Of a DNA stretch of 64,000 nt, positions 31,846 to 43,200 are shown piece after piece. Both the position numbers and the translations under genes were made by a program. Position 1 is the first letter of the stretch, and every line of letters starts with the position of its first letter. This stretch comes from Epithemia pelagica. Taxonomy: Eukaryota; Protista; Bacillariophyta. The stretch lies in assembly GCA_946965045.2 (NCBI GenBank), contig OX337236.1, positions 1,054,001 to 1,118,000 of the forward strand. Direction: 5' to 3'. The notes beneath the pieces were generated by a model. It was not told where the DNA came from, did no database searches, and saw nothing but the letters and a program-made list of their open reading frames with translations.

Positions 31846-34800
31846 ATGGGGCGCGACGCGGACCCGCCATGGGCCTTTCCGGCTGAGAACATGATTCCCA
31901 TGGCCAAACCACGACCCAACTGCCAACCGAACGCCGATCCACCCCCGCCCATCGGTTGGAAACACATACAACGCACGGCGGCCACAACATGGACCATGGA
32001 ATCTCTCCATGGTCTTCGAAAAAACAAACAAAACAAACAACGGCAGCCCTCACCCCTTTCAACCCGTCACCATGGTAAACCCCAGAGCCCGAAAAAAGCC
32101 AAAAACACAGAACCCAACGGATACCCCAACTCGCCGAACGTGCTACGGAGTAAGGGCCCCAATCCCCCACGCAGCCACCGATGCAGCAAACCAAACAAGA
32201 GAATGACCAAGACAAGCCCACAAATGACCCTGCCAGACAGCCGATCAACAACAACAGGCCATCGACACGAAACCAACATTAAAGAACAAATGCACGTCGA
32301 CAACTCCACCGTCAACGTTCCACTCCCCCGCTCAGGCACACACCCGCCACCAACGACGAACCAAGAAACAACAACCAGGGCCACCGCCAAACAAATCGAC
32401 GACATGGCCAGCAAGACACCAAACACCAAGCCCTCCATCTGCCCACCCATCTGCCCACCACCGACAAGAATGACCGGACAACTAGATCAAGCCCTTCAAC
32501 GAGTCATTGCTCAGTTACAAATGACCCGGCCAACAAACCAACCAAAAGGACTCGGCCACAAAACCAGTGAAAACCGAGTTTTTCACCCCAAGCTCTCAGC
32601 CGAAGCATCAACCGACCAGCCAACCCACCACCAACACCCGAAGATGCAAGTCCATTCGAAGCCCTCCTCCGGCCGCCGCCAGACCCGCTCCAAAAGCAAC
32701 TTGACCGCCCTCAGTCCGCTCCCCCTCGTAGACACCAAACAGCACAGCACCACCGCCGTCACCCCCGACCGCCGCAACATCAACAAAGAAAACAAAAAAA
32801 CAAACCAAAAAACCACCGAAGAACCCACCACCGACATCCACACCGAGAAAACAACAGTCACCACCCACTACACCAATGAGAAAAACACCAAAAACAACAC
32901 CAACAACAACAACGACAAAACCATGGAGAAAAACAACACCAACAACAACCAAGACGGAAACGAACAAAACACGGACGGACACACGGAAGAGGAGACTCAG
33001 CCAACAACAAAGAACCAAACCAACCACGACGATACCACCACCACCGTCAACAACGAACCAGGATCCAACAGCGAAGCAGGCACCCCAACAGCCAAGAATC
33101 CATACCTCCAACCCAAAACCGGAACAAAACGTCCCCCGTCGCCGGAACCAAAGACGCTGATTCACCTCCATGTGGCAGTGAACCACCACCAAAACCCCCA
33201 AATTGAGTCTACCCTTCCCAGACTTACGGAACAAGCCATGAAGACGCATCTCAACGAAGTCTTTTTCCATCATAGCAAACGGGAAGAGCCCATGTGGCTC
33301 CAGGTCCACTCCGTGGACTTTCTCGAGACCAAGCAATCTGGATCGCGCCAATTCAGGTCGGACAACCAGACGAGATCCACCAAAGGAAGCGGACATACCT
33401 CCACCTTCCATGTCACCCTTTCCCCGGCTCCAGCAAACGACGTCTTTGACACCGAGATTTTTACCGAGCAAGGCCTACGTTTCGTTCTCCAAATGTGGCA
33501 CAAACACCACAACGACGATTTTGTGTACGACGAGTTCGACTCACAAACCGTTCTCCGGCCAGGCACCAAACAATCCAATCCTACGATTAACCCCCGTTGG
33601 GACCAAATCAACGTGTACCAACCTGCATGCAACAACAGGACGAGCGACACCTTCGGCATCGTCGTCGGAGTGCCAGCTCAAACAATCAAACATCGACGGG
33701 CGGCCCTGGATCTGACTGGCGACATCCAGAACACCCTGACCCCCCATCTACCGCGCAAACTGAACTACCTGGATTTCTTCAACCACGTGGGATACCGCTC
33801 AGGAACGTTCAGCGGGGAACTGAAAAACAAACAACGTGGCCAAGTCCCGGCCATTTACATCACGGCTTCGTCGCGAAACAACTTCGAAGCCCTGCTTCGA
33901 AGCTACAACGCCTACCAGGCAGCAAATCGCAACACTGAACTCAAGTGGAACCACAACAACATCCAAATCATCCCTATGCCAACAAGCCAAGCCAATCGGA
34001 CGGCCACATTGGAAGCACTGAAGGATATCGACCAATTTTTCGGGGCCTGCGTTCGGATCAAACTGAAACCGATAAACCCAGAAGCTACCGACGGCGACTG
34101 GAAGCGACTACGACACCTACGGGAATTCGTGGCCGTCTTTCCCGAATTCAACAATGAGGACCCAGACACGCAGTATTACACGCTATACTTGCGGAAGACG
34201 CCCGATACTCATTTGCTCACCACCAACACGATTAGACAACACCCTGACTTCCCGGAAAACATCCTGCTCCCCACCCTGGCAGCAGTAGCAGCGACACCTC
34301 CGAGACAACAAACCACCAACCAAGACCCGACAACTCCTTCCTCGTCAAGTCACACAAACAAACTCCTGGCCTTCACGAACCGGCTGCTACGCCGAAAACA
34401 CAACAACTTGGAAGACAACACGGATGAGACTGACGCCGACGTTCCCACAACACCAACAACCAAACCAAAGAATCCCAATAGCCCACCGACCAACAAACGT
34501 AGCGCCTCCGCTATGCAACCAACAGACGAAGAAGCAAGCGACCCCTACGACGACGGAACCGATTGGACACCAGTGGCAGCCCAAACAAACCAAAACCACT
34601 TCGCGGACCAAACTTCCCAAAACGAAGACTCGAAACCTCCGGCCAAACGGAACCAATTCGCCGCACTAGCGGAACAAACCGAAGACGAACAAAACAATGA
34701 CGACCTGATGGACACTGAAGAATCAGACGACCATTCGCGGGCACTCATTGGTAGCGACGACAACCTAGACCCAGGAGAGGGCGACAACGAATTCTCTGCA

Positions 34801-35037
34801 ACGACCATGCAAGAAATCGAACTCATTTTCAAGTACGTTGCACACAACAACCCTTCCCGCATCGAAGAAATGCGACAATTTTTAGAAAGAACAAAGTCAT
34901 TTACGAATGACACAGACGCGCAAGATGCTTGGAGGTTTGCGCAGACTTTGGTACAGTCTGGCAACCCCAACATCGCCGACTCGCGCACCAGCCATGTGGT
35001 CCCGCATGAAGATAGGGCCAAAGGGCTACATGAGTAA
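31846..35037 (+). CDS. ORF1 of CRE-like element (1063 aa), function unknown
   Basis: Uninterrupted frame: low-complexity T/N/Q/K N-terminus, about 400-aa globular-looking core (from TLIHLHVAV), acidic C-region. Its stop overlaps the ORF2 start. Confidence 0.8.
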   Translation: MGRDADPPWAFPAENMIPMAKPRPNCQPNADPPPPIGWKHIQRTAATTWTMESLHGLRKNKQNKQRQPSPLSTRHHGKPQSPKKAKNTEPNGYPNSPNVLRSKGPNPPRSHRCSKPNKRMTKTSPQMTLPDSRSTTTGHRHETNIKEQMHVDNSTVNVPLPRSGTHPPPTTNQETTTRATAKQIDDMASKTPNTKPSICPPICPPPTRMTGQLDQALQRVIAQLQMTRPTNQPKGLGHKTSENRVFHPKLSAEASTDQPTHHQHPKMQVHSKPSSGRRQTRSKSNLTALSPLPLVDTKQHSTTAVTPDRRNINKENKKTNQKTTEEPTTDIHTEKTTVTTHYTNEKNTKNNTNNNNDKTMEKNNTNNNQDGNEQNTDGHTEEETQPTTKNQTNHDDTTTTVNNEPGSNSEAGTPTAKNPYLQPKTGTKRPPSPEPKTLIHLHVAVNHHQNPQIESTLPRLTEQAMKTHLNEVFFHHSKREEPMWLQVHSVDFLETKQSGSRQFRSDNQTRSTKGSGHTSTFHVTLSPAPANDVFDTEIFTEQGLRFVLQMWHKHHNDDFVYDEFDSQTVLRPGTKQSNPTINPRWDQINVYQPACNNRTSDTFGIVVGVPAQTIKHRRAALDLTGDIQNTLTPHLPRKLNYLDFFNHVGYRSGTFSGELKNKQRGQVPAIYITASSRNNFEALLRSYNAYQAANRNTELKWNHNNIQIIPMPTSQANRTATLEALKDIDQFFGACVRIKLKPINPEATDGDWKRLRHLREFVAVFPEFNNEDPDTQYYTLYLRKTPDTHLLTTNTIRQHPDFPENILLPTLAAVAATPPRQQTTNQDPTTPSSSSHTNKLLAFTNRLLRRKHNNLEDNTDETDADVPTTPTTKPKNPNSPPTNKRSASAMQPTDEEASDPYDDGTDWTPVAAQTNQNHFADQTSQNEDSKPPAKRNQFAALAEQTEDEQNNDDLMDTEESDDHSRALIGSDDNLDPGEGDNEFSATTMQEIELIFKYVAHNNPSRIEEMRQFLERTKSFTNDTDAQDAWRFAQTLVQSGNPNIADSRTSHVVPHEDRAKGLHE

Positions 35038-38000
35038 TTCAACCACAAAACCACCCAAACACTGTCCCGTGCCAGATTGCCCGTGGAAAGTGCCCCCATT
35101 GACAACCAACCCCCAAGCATCACTCAAACAACACCTCATCACCGAACACAATGAAACCCATCCATCGGATTACCTCACCCCAACCCTATGCACCCAATAC
35201 GGACTCCATCCATGTCCGACATGCGACACTCCCACTGCCATCTTCGCCACTGAAGGCCACCTTAGAAAACACGTAACAAAAAAACATAGTAGGTCAAAGA
35301 CAAACATCGACTTAGTCCTACATACCTACCGACATTCTACACCAGAAACAACGACAAATTGGAAAAACAGCCTAGCTTATATCCACAAACTACAAATATC
35401 CCCACCGCCCTTCCGTCGGAGCCTCTGGCACAAGCTTAAGCCACCGCTCAGGGCCGAATTTTATGCCACCTACAACAACGTGACCAATTGGATACTTGAA
35501 GCCACATCGCCGCTGGCGACAACCATTCTGAAAGACGAACGGCCACCCGCCTATGACGTCGACGCCACCCCATTCTGGAAACTGCTCATCCTCCTAGAGC
35601 CGTTGCTCCTTGCACCAATACAGGGCACAGTGCACCTCACCCATTCGAACGCGTTCCGAGCAAGACTTTCGCTGCTGAAATCAGGCAGGATTGAGGAACT
35701 CCACAACATTATATGGAACCCAACACCGTTGCCAAGCACAAGAACAATAAACAACAAAAAGAAGCGACAGAACCAAAAAAACAAACAACAACATCAGCCA
35801 ACTGACCCATTGCCTTCATGGCGGCTAGCCTCCGCACAACAACTGGCAGACTTAGGCAACTACCAAGCAGCAGTTAAAAGACTTACAACCAACACACCAC
35901 CTGCAACCTTGACAACGGCACGAATCGACAGATGCCAAAAACAACTCTTCCCTGAAAGACGACAGCCACCGCCGGCGACAAGAGCTCACGGTCACGCAAA
36001 CATGCCTCCACCGGCAGCACAATACCTGAAACTACAAGACAAACTGTTTGAGTCAGCACTCCGACAAATGAAACCAGGCACGGCCTCAGGACCGTTCGCC
36101 ACGTGCACAGACATCCTCGTGTCTATGGCAATATACAAAACAACAAGCGCACCCGACGCAACACGGCCATACTTTCACAACATAAAAGCCCTGATCCAAC
36201 TCGTGGTGACGGGACAAATACCAACCTCTGTACAACAAATCCTCGCAAGCAATTATTTCCTTGCCCTCCACAAGGACATGGCAAACCTGGAAAGACTGCG
36301 ACCGATCGGCATCGGCACAGCCATACGAAGAGTAGCGGCTAAAGCCGCTCTGGTGCATCTCACAGACGACATTCGCCCCCTCCTCTTGAAAGGAGGCCAA
36401 TACGGGATACAAGTCCCCGGGGGGGTTGATTTTGTGGCCCAAACAACCGCAATGGCGGTTAAACAATACATTGACCAGACTCATGATCTGGAAAACAACA
36501 CAACAGAAAACAACACAACCGAAAACAACCAGCCAACAACATCCCCAAGCCGGGCTCTAGTCATGCTAGACCTGGTAAACATGTTCAACAATGTCAGCCG
36601 AACCGAAGCAAGAAAGATTTTGTTAGAGAACGAAGCGACAACACAATTGGTCCCCCTTTTCGACCTACTAACCAAACATACCTGTAACCAATGGTACTTT
36701 GATGACAACAAAGCGGCCAACTACCTCACACAAACTGAAGGGTTTCCACAAGGCTGCCCACTCAGCCCTCTCTTCTCATGCCTGGTATTACTAGCACTGA
36801 CGAACAAACTCAACAACGAACAAGCAAAAAGAGCACAACTCAGACTGCGCAACAACGACCCCAACGACGACGGAATGGGCGGCATCGGCCACACCGCATC
36901 CATCATGGATGATACATCGGTATGCCTGCCACACTGTGACATACCATGGTTTCTTCACCGCTTCGAAGAGCTTGGCAAACCCCTAGGAATTGTTTTAAAC
37001 AAATCAAAAACGACCATCCTCACCTCCACCAACGGACACTCCCCGTCCAACCTGAGCGAAAACCAAACACACAGCCTCAATCAAGCACTATCGTTTCTGT
37101 CGCCCGATGACCCCTCAAAAGCAGAAATAACAAGCGGTGTGAGATTCCTTGGTCAACCAATCGGATCCACTGCCTTTGCACGACAGTACATCAACAACAA
37201 ATTACAAGGCATGCAACACAAAATGAACTGCATTCTCCAACTCGGCGACCTCCAAACACAGCACAATCTCTTTAAATTTACGATGGTCTCCGCAATCCTG
37301 CACCTGCTACCGACCGATGTCAACCTAGCATACAAGCAGACCAACCCAAGAACGACCCTCTGGTCCAGTCCAACAACCACACAGACAGAACAACTGATCA
37401 CAAATTTCCTGGCAAAACTCACCTCCCTACCAGAAAATGAAATCTCCAAGTCCTCAGCACTCATCGCCACGATTCCTCAACGACTGGGGGGACTCGGATA
37501 CCAACAGGCAGCGGTGGCGGCCTATCCTTGTCTGCTGACACAAACAGCCCGGGCGATAGCTCTGGCAACATCAACCGACACTCCAATCCCACTCGTTCAT
37601 CAACGACAACTGTCGAACTGGAAAGATAGTACCAACGAATATATGACAACCTTCCGTAAGACTCTGTCACTTTTCGCAAACGAATACGCAGACGAGAGCT
37701 TATACGTACCAACGAGGTATGATCACACAACACACAATCGCCTTTTGAACCACACTGTGCAAGAACACACAATCCCAAAACTGCTCACAGAAACCGACCC
37801 AAAGCAGCGAATCTTTTTGCCCGGCTTACTTTCGCCCCTTACGAGTATGGCTCTCTCTCTTCCACTCACCGCAACCAAATTCCGTTTCCAAAACAGTGTC
37901 TTTCGAACCGCCATCAAACGGAAATTGAGATTACCTTTGTTCGTCCGAGACCCCACACAATCCTGGCCACAACGATGTCGCTGCTCAGCCACAAAAGCGA

Positions 38001-38929
38001 TCGACCCAATGGGTGACCATCTGTACTCCTGCACCTCTGCTTCCAAAACACCTCTTTCAAATGCCATCAGAGACACACTCTACGACATTCTCCGCCAAAT
38101 CGCTCCAGCAGCCGGAGCCGTCGACACTCCTCATGATGTTCACATCGAGCCCCCAGGTTTGACACCACAACACCAAAGAAACATTAGACCAGCAGACGTA
38201 GGTATGCTCCTGTCCAAGCCGCACAAAAACTCACCGTTTCAATACGTCGCGATTGACATTACTATCCCACCTCCCCGGCAACCCCAAACCATTCTTGACC
38301 CGTCCGACCACAACACACTCGCCACTTTGGCATCTAGGACGCATCAAGAGGCGGCAAGGGCCAAGTTTTGCCGAGACCCCGAGACATCAAAACACCTTCT
38401 CCACAATGGCATATACCTTCTCCCTTTCACGGTAGACCATCTTGGAGCGCTTGGTTCCTTCGCCGACCGTCTCCTTTTTCCATCAATTTATCAACCACAT
38501 CTGTTCTCAACGACACAACCACCACCTTGGACCAACGCCTTCTTCGGAAAAGACGAAAAAAGAAGCAAAGCACATCCTGCGGCATATAGACTCTTTCAAG
38601 AAGCGTCAGACGCACCAAGCAACCTCTTTACCGCCGCCAACAACAAAACAAAAAAATTCTCTTACCCAGAAGCACATATCTACTCAATCGGGCACTATGC
38701 AAAAGCCTCCCTTGGCCACGCAATCGTTTCGGCACTGGCTACTCATGCCAATACCAACATCGCCGCAATACGACAACACCAAACAACACGAAAAATGAGA
38801 ACCACTCAGTTGCAAAATCTGGCTACACCATGTTTTGCTCCGGTCACTCCCATCTACTCCCCCGCACCTCTGGCACCGTTCCTCAGTGTCACGGACGAAA
38901 CACCCCTCCTTTGCGTACCCACCGCTTAG
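35030..38929 (+). CDS. ORF2 of CRE-like element: two C2H2 zinc fingers, reverse transcriptase, CCHC knuckle, REL endonuclease (1299 aa from ATG 35030)
   Basis: CPVPDC..LKQHLITEH and CPTC..LRKHVTKKH; RPIGIGTAIRR, LDLVNMFN, GFPQGCPLSP, IMDD, GVRFLGQPIG; CRC...GDHLYSC; RPADV, AIDITI, PFTVDHLG. Confidence 0.92.
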   Translation: MSNSTTKPPKHCPVPDCPWKVPPLTTNPQASLKQHLITEHNETHPSDYLTPTLCTQYGLHPCPTCDTPTAIFATEGHLRKHVTKKHSRSKTNIDLVLHTYRHSTPETTTNWKNSLAYIHKLQISPPPFRRSLWHKLKPPLRAEFYATYNNVTNWILEATSPLATTILKDERPPAYDVDATPFWKLLILLEPLLLAPIQGTVHLTHSNAFRARLSLLKSGRIEELHNIIWNPTPLPSTRTINNKKKRQNQKNKQQHQPTDPLPSWRLASAQQLADLGNYQAAVKRLTTNTPPATLTTARIDRCQKQLFPERRQPPPATRAHGHANMPPPAAQYLKLQDKLFESALRQMKPGTASGPFATCTDILVSMAIYKTTSAPDATRPYFHNIKALIQLVVTGQIPTSVQQILASNYFLALHKDMANLERLRPIGIGTAIRRVAAKAALVHLTDDIRPLLLKGGQYGIQVPGGVDFVAQTTAMAVKQYIDQTHDLENNTTENNTTENNQPTTSPSRALVMLDLVNMFNNVSRTEARKILLENEATTQLVPLFDLLTKHTCNQWYFDDNKAANYLTQTEGFPQGCPLSPLFSCLVLLALTNKLNNEQAKRAQLRLRNNDPNDDGMGGIGHTASIMDDTSVCLPHCDIPWFLHRFEELGKPLGIVLNKSKTTILTSTNGHSPSNLSENQTHSLNQALSFLSPDDPSKAEITSGVRFLGQPIGSTAFARQYINNKLQGMQHKMNCILQLGDLQTQHNLFKFTMVSAILHLLPTDVNLAYKQTNPRTTLWSSPTTTQTEQLITNFLAKLTSLPENEISKSSALIATIPQRLGGLGYQQAAVAAYPCLLTQTARAIALATSTDTPIPLVHQRQLSNWKDSTNEYMTTFRKTLSLFANEYADESLYVPTRYDHTTHNRLLNHTVQEHTIPKLLTETDPKQRIFLPGLLSPLTSMALSLPLTATKFRFQNSVFRTAIKRKLRLPLFVRDPTQSWPQRCRCSATKAIDPMGDHLYSCTSASKTPLSNAIRDTLYDILRQIAPAAGAVDTPHDVHIEPPGLTPQHQRNIRPADVGMLLSKPHKNSPFQYVAIDITIPPPRQPQTILDPSDHNTLATLASRTHQEAARAKFCRDPETSKHLLHNGIYLLPFTVDHLGALGSFADRLLFPSIYQPHLFSTTQPPPWTNAFFGKDEKRSKAHPAAYRLFQEASDAPSNLFTAANNKTKKFSYPEAHIYSIGHYAKASLGHAIVSALATHANTNIAAIRQHQTTRKMRTTQLQNLATPCFAPVTPIYSPAPLAPFLSVTDETPLLCVPTA

Positions 38930-39164
38930 GAGTCCATTTGTTATAGACCGTAAAATAGTACAAAAAAAAAACGAAAGAATGTCCACTCTTTTCTCCATGT
39001 TGAATGTTCATGTTTCTTTCCAAGTCGCGGCCCTCTATGGATTGTGAGCATACCACAAAAGACATATCCATTATTACCTCTCAGGGAACTCGAGGCTAGC
39101 ATGAATTTGTGTGGAACGATACTGCAATGATGAGAGCGAGAGATGATCAATAATATTTGTTCAC

Positions 39165-40057
39165 AAGAAAAAGGTGACCAAAAAGACCACCAAGTGGCAA
39201 GCCTTGAAGCTCTGTTCACTTCATAAGAAAACGTTGACCCAAAAGACAACCAAGTGGCAAGCATTGAAGCGTGAACGGCCCGTAACAGCAGAAGGCGATT
39301 TTTTGAATCCTGTTTGTTGCCATTCGTGTCAGTCTCTTTGTGGTTGTTCATGCTGCTATTGGCTATGGGCGGTGGAGGGAGTACATATTGTCGTCGTGCT
39401 CTGATGGGCATTTGGCATGCATACTTTGCAATGCCATGGAATATACAACCATGCAAGTGAGGCTCCTGTGTTGTTGCTTTCCAACAAATACCGAGTGGTG
39501 GGCACAAAGGCTCGCGGTGGTTCAGTCAATGACAGTGTCAGCGTCTTTTGATCCAGAGTTGCAACCAACGATTTCGCACGGGCAATGTGGGGGCTTTTGG
39601 CAGTCAGTCTTCATCTTTCTTCGCCGCTACCCGACGTTTGTCGAACGCCCTTCGGAACTATATCGATAGGACATGTGCCTCCTCCGTCACCAGCAGAACA
39701 CTGGCACCGTACTCATTGCCAGGAACCAAGGCTTTTTTCCAAACCTCGAACAAAAACACTGTGTCAGTGGGTCCCGAACAAGTTGGCCACCATGGCTTTG
39801 TTGTGGACTGAGTGGAACATTCCGTTCCCATTACGGCCACGAAACTTTCGGGAGACAATAAAAGTCAATGAGCGACAAAAAGGACCACCAAGTTGCAGGC
39901 CTTCAAGCGTGAACGGAAAATGCCCGTAACGGCAATAAAGGTGATTTGGATTCTTCCTAGTGTGTAAGTCCCGTTGTGATTGGAATCAAGGCTTGATTCA
40001 AATCCCCTACAACGACGTGTTGGTGGGTCCCAAACAAGTTGGCCACCATGGCTTTGT
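39165..40057. repeat. Cluster of degenerate short direct repeats (family A at 39165, 39225, 39874; family B at 39768, 40024)
   Basis: A: GACCAAAAAGACCACCAAGTGGCAAGCCTTGAAGC variants. B: TGGGTCCCRAACAAGTTGGCCACCATGGCTTTGT, twice. Confidence 0.8.
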
Positions 40058-40265
40058 ACGTCAGTGTCCTTTTAGTTGTCTTTTGAAATAGCGCTAAGGA
40101 AATTCTCTAGTTTATTGTTTTTCTCGCCTGTCTAGTCGCCAGCACCCTGTTATGTCACGCGTTTCTTTGCCTGTTGTTCTTTTTCATCCCAACAAGTCAC
40201 TGAAGCCGTTTGCTCCATCAAAGATGCGTTTCACTCAGGATTGCTGGCAACGTACTGCAAAAGCT

Positions 40266-43200
40266 TTACTCAGTTTTTCTTTCTTCATAATCAGTTGAGG
40301 TCAAAGTCAACTTTGGAATCACCTTTGAGATTGCCGAACCGCCAAGGTAATTCCAGCCATATTGAGCCGATATGACCATATCTGAACAACCTTTATACGC
40401 AACAGCTCCGATGATAAGCAGAACAAGGATGAAGAACTGATTCGGTCGCTCCATGACAAGGATTTTGGTTTTATTGAAGTCTTGGTCAAACTCAGCAATC
40501 GAACCTAGACCCGTGATGTCAAGCACATTTCTTTGTTCCTCGTTTTTGATACCAGCTTCGTTCTCGTTCCCGTCACTGTTTGTCATTTGGCCCATGAGTA
40601 ATTCCGTTTGCTTGGCCTTAAATCTTGATTCTGCCACAAGTCTTTCGTCGTGATCCCTCCTCTGTTCGTTCATCTCATGTTCAAACTTCTGCTCTTGATA
40701 AGCGATTGATTGAGTATATCGCGAGGAAGAATGTCTGAATTTCTTCACAAGAGCTTCCATCTGTCTTGCACTGTTTAGTTGAACTTTATGTTTTGACTCA
40801 AGTTGACGAAGTTGCTCCTCGAGTTCTTGGTCCTTTCTCTTTTGCTCTTTGTGGGATTCTTCCCAGGTTTGCATTATTTGACATACGGCTCCTTCCATTC
40901 CAGACAGTTCATCTCTATATTTCGACTCAAGCTGTCGAAGCTGCTCTCGATATTCTGATTCTTTTGTTTCTTGTTCTTTATTGTGGAATTCTTCACGATC
41001 TTTCAATGCCTTTTCAACGGCCTGTTCCATTTCCGACAGTTCGACTTGGTGCTTGGACTCGAGTTGACGCAGTTGCTCTTGATATTCATCATCCTTCTTT
41101 TTTTGTTCGGCTTGATGAAATTGTTCATGATCCTGCATCTCTCGTTCTACGGACAGCTCCATCTCAGACAGTTGGTCCCCGTATTTCGACTCCAACTCAC
41201 AAAGTTGCTCCTGGTGTTCTTGATCTTTCTTTGCTAGCTCTTCGTTGTGAGATGTTTCACGCGCCTGCATCTCATCTTGTACAACTCTTTCCATATCAGC
41301 AAGATCAGCAATGAATTTAGTCTCCAGTTCGTGAAGTTGGTCAATGCGTTCCTTGTCTTTTCTATTCTCAACATCCTGTTCCATTTCGGAGAGTTCGACT
41401 TGGTGCTTGGACTCTAGTTGACGCAGTTGCTCTTGATATTCATCATCCTTCTTTTTTTGTTCGGCATGATAAAAATGTTCGTGATCCTGCATCTCTTGCT
41501 CTACGGACAGCTCCATTTCAGACAGTTGGTCCCTGTATTTGGACTCCAAATGACTAAGTTGCTCCTGGTGTTCTTGATCTTTCTTTGCCAGCTCTTCCTT
41601 GTGAGACTGTTCATGCGCCTGTATCTCATCTTGAACGACTCGTTCCATCTCAGAAAGCTGCGCCATGAATTTGCTCTCCACATCGTGAAGTTGGTCAATG
41701 TGTTCCTGGTCTTTTCTGGTTTCAACATCCTGTTCCATTTTGGAGAGTTCGACTTGGTGCTTCGACTCAAGTTCACGCAGCTGCTCTTGATATTCATCAT
41801 CCTTCTTCTTTAGTTCTGCATGATGAAATTGTTCATGATCCTGCGTCGCTTGTTCTGCGGACAGCTCCATCTCAGAGAGTTGGTCCCGGTATTTCGACTC
41901 CAACTGACCAAGCTGCTCCTGGTGTTCTTGATCTTTCTTTGCTATTTCGTCTTTGTGAGACTGTTCATGCGTCTGCATCTCATCTTGAAATACTCGTTCC
42001 ATCTCAGAAAGCTGAGCCGTGAATTTAGTCTCCACCTCTTGAAGTTGGTCAAGGTGTTCCTTGTCTTTCCTGTTTTCAACATCCAGTTCCACTTTGGACA
42101 GCTCGACTTGGTGCTTCGACTCAAGTTGACGCAGCTGCTCTTGATGTTCATTTTCTTTCTTCTTTAGTTCTTCTTGATGTGACTGGTCATGATCCTGCGT
42201 CTCCCGTTCTACGGAAAGCTCCATCTCGGACAGTTCGTCCAAGTATTTCGACTCCAACTGAAACAGTTGCTCCTGGTGTTCTTGATCTTTCTTTGCCAGC
42301 TCTTCCTTGTGAGACTTTTCATGCGCCTGCATCTGATCTTGAACGGCTCGTTCCATCTCAGAAAGCTGAGCCGTGAATTTAGTCTCCACCTCTTGAAGTT
42401 GGTCAAGGTGTTCCTTGTCTTTCCTGTTTTCAACATCCAGTTCCACTTTGGACAGCTCGACTTTGTGCTTAGACTCAAGTTCACGCAGTTGCTCTTTCCT
42501 GTTTTCAACATCCAGTTCCACTTTGGACAGCTCGACTTTGTGCTTAGACTCAAGTTCACGCAGTTGCTCTTTCCTGTTTTCAACATCCAGTTCCACTTTG
42601 GACAGCTCGACATTGTGCTTAGACTCAAGTTCACGCAGTTGCTCTTGATATTCATCATCCTTCTTCTTTAATTCTGCATGAAGAAATTGTTCGTGATCCT
42701 GCGTCGCTTGTTCTGTGGACAGCTCCATCTCAGACAGTTGGTCCCTGTACTTCGACTCCAACTGACAAAGTTGCTCCTGGTGTTCTTGATCTTTCTTTGC
42801 TAGTTCGTCCTTGTGAGATTTTTCACGCGCCTGCATCTCATCTTTTACAACTCGTTCCATCTCAGAAAGCTGAGCCGTGAATTTAGTCTCCAGCTCATGA
42901 AGTTGGTCAATCCGTTCCTTGTCTTTCCTGTTTTCAACAGCCTGTTCCATTTCGGAGAGTTCGACTTGGTGCTTCGACTCAAGTTGACGCAGTTGCTCTT
43001 GATGTTCATCTTCTTTCTTGTTTAGTTCTGCTTGATGAGACTGGTCATGATCCTGCGTCTCTCGTTCTACGGAAAGCTCCATCTCGGACAGTTCGTCCAA
43101 GTATTTCGACTCCAACTGAAACAATTGCTCCTGGTGTTCTTGATCTTTCTTTGTCAGCTCTTCCTTGTGAGACTTTTTATGCGCCTGTATTTTATGTTTA

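Larger units (their letters stand above)
31846..38971 (+). mobile_element. Non-LTR retrotransposon, CRE/SLACS-like (restriction-like endonuclease), two ORFs, ending in A10; 5' boundary not defined
   Basis: ORF2 has RT and a C-terminal CCHC + PD..D nuclease. A short 3' UTR is followed by poly(A) at 38962..38971. Strong A/C-rich sense-strand bias throughout. Confidence 0.88.

Noticed and set aside
31766-38798. Many minus-strand Val/Leu/Gly-rich ORFs across the CRE element
   Set aside because: Antisense shadows of the A/C-rich sense ORFs.
39165-40057. Possible CRISPR-like repeat-spacer array
   Set aside because: Repeats are degenerate, irregularly spaced and of two types; the context is eukaryotic with no cas genes.
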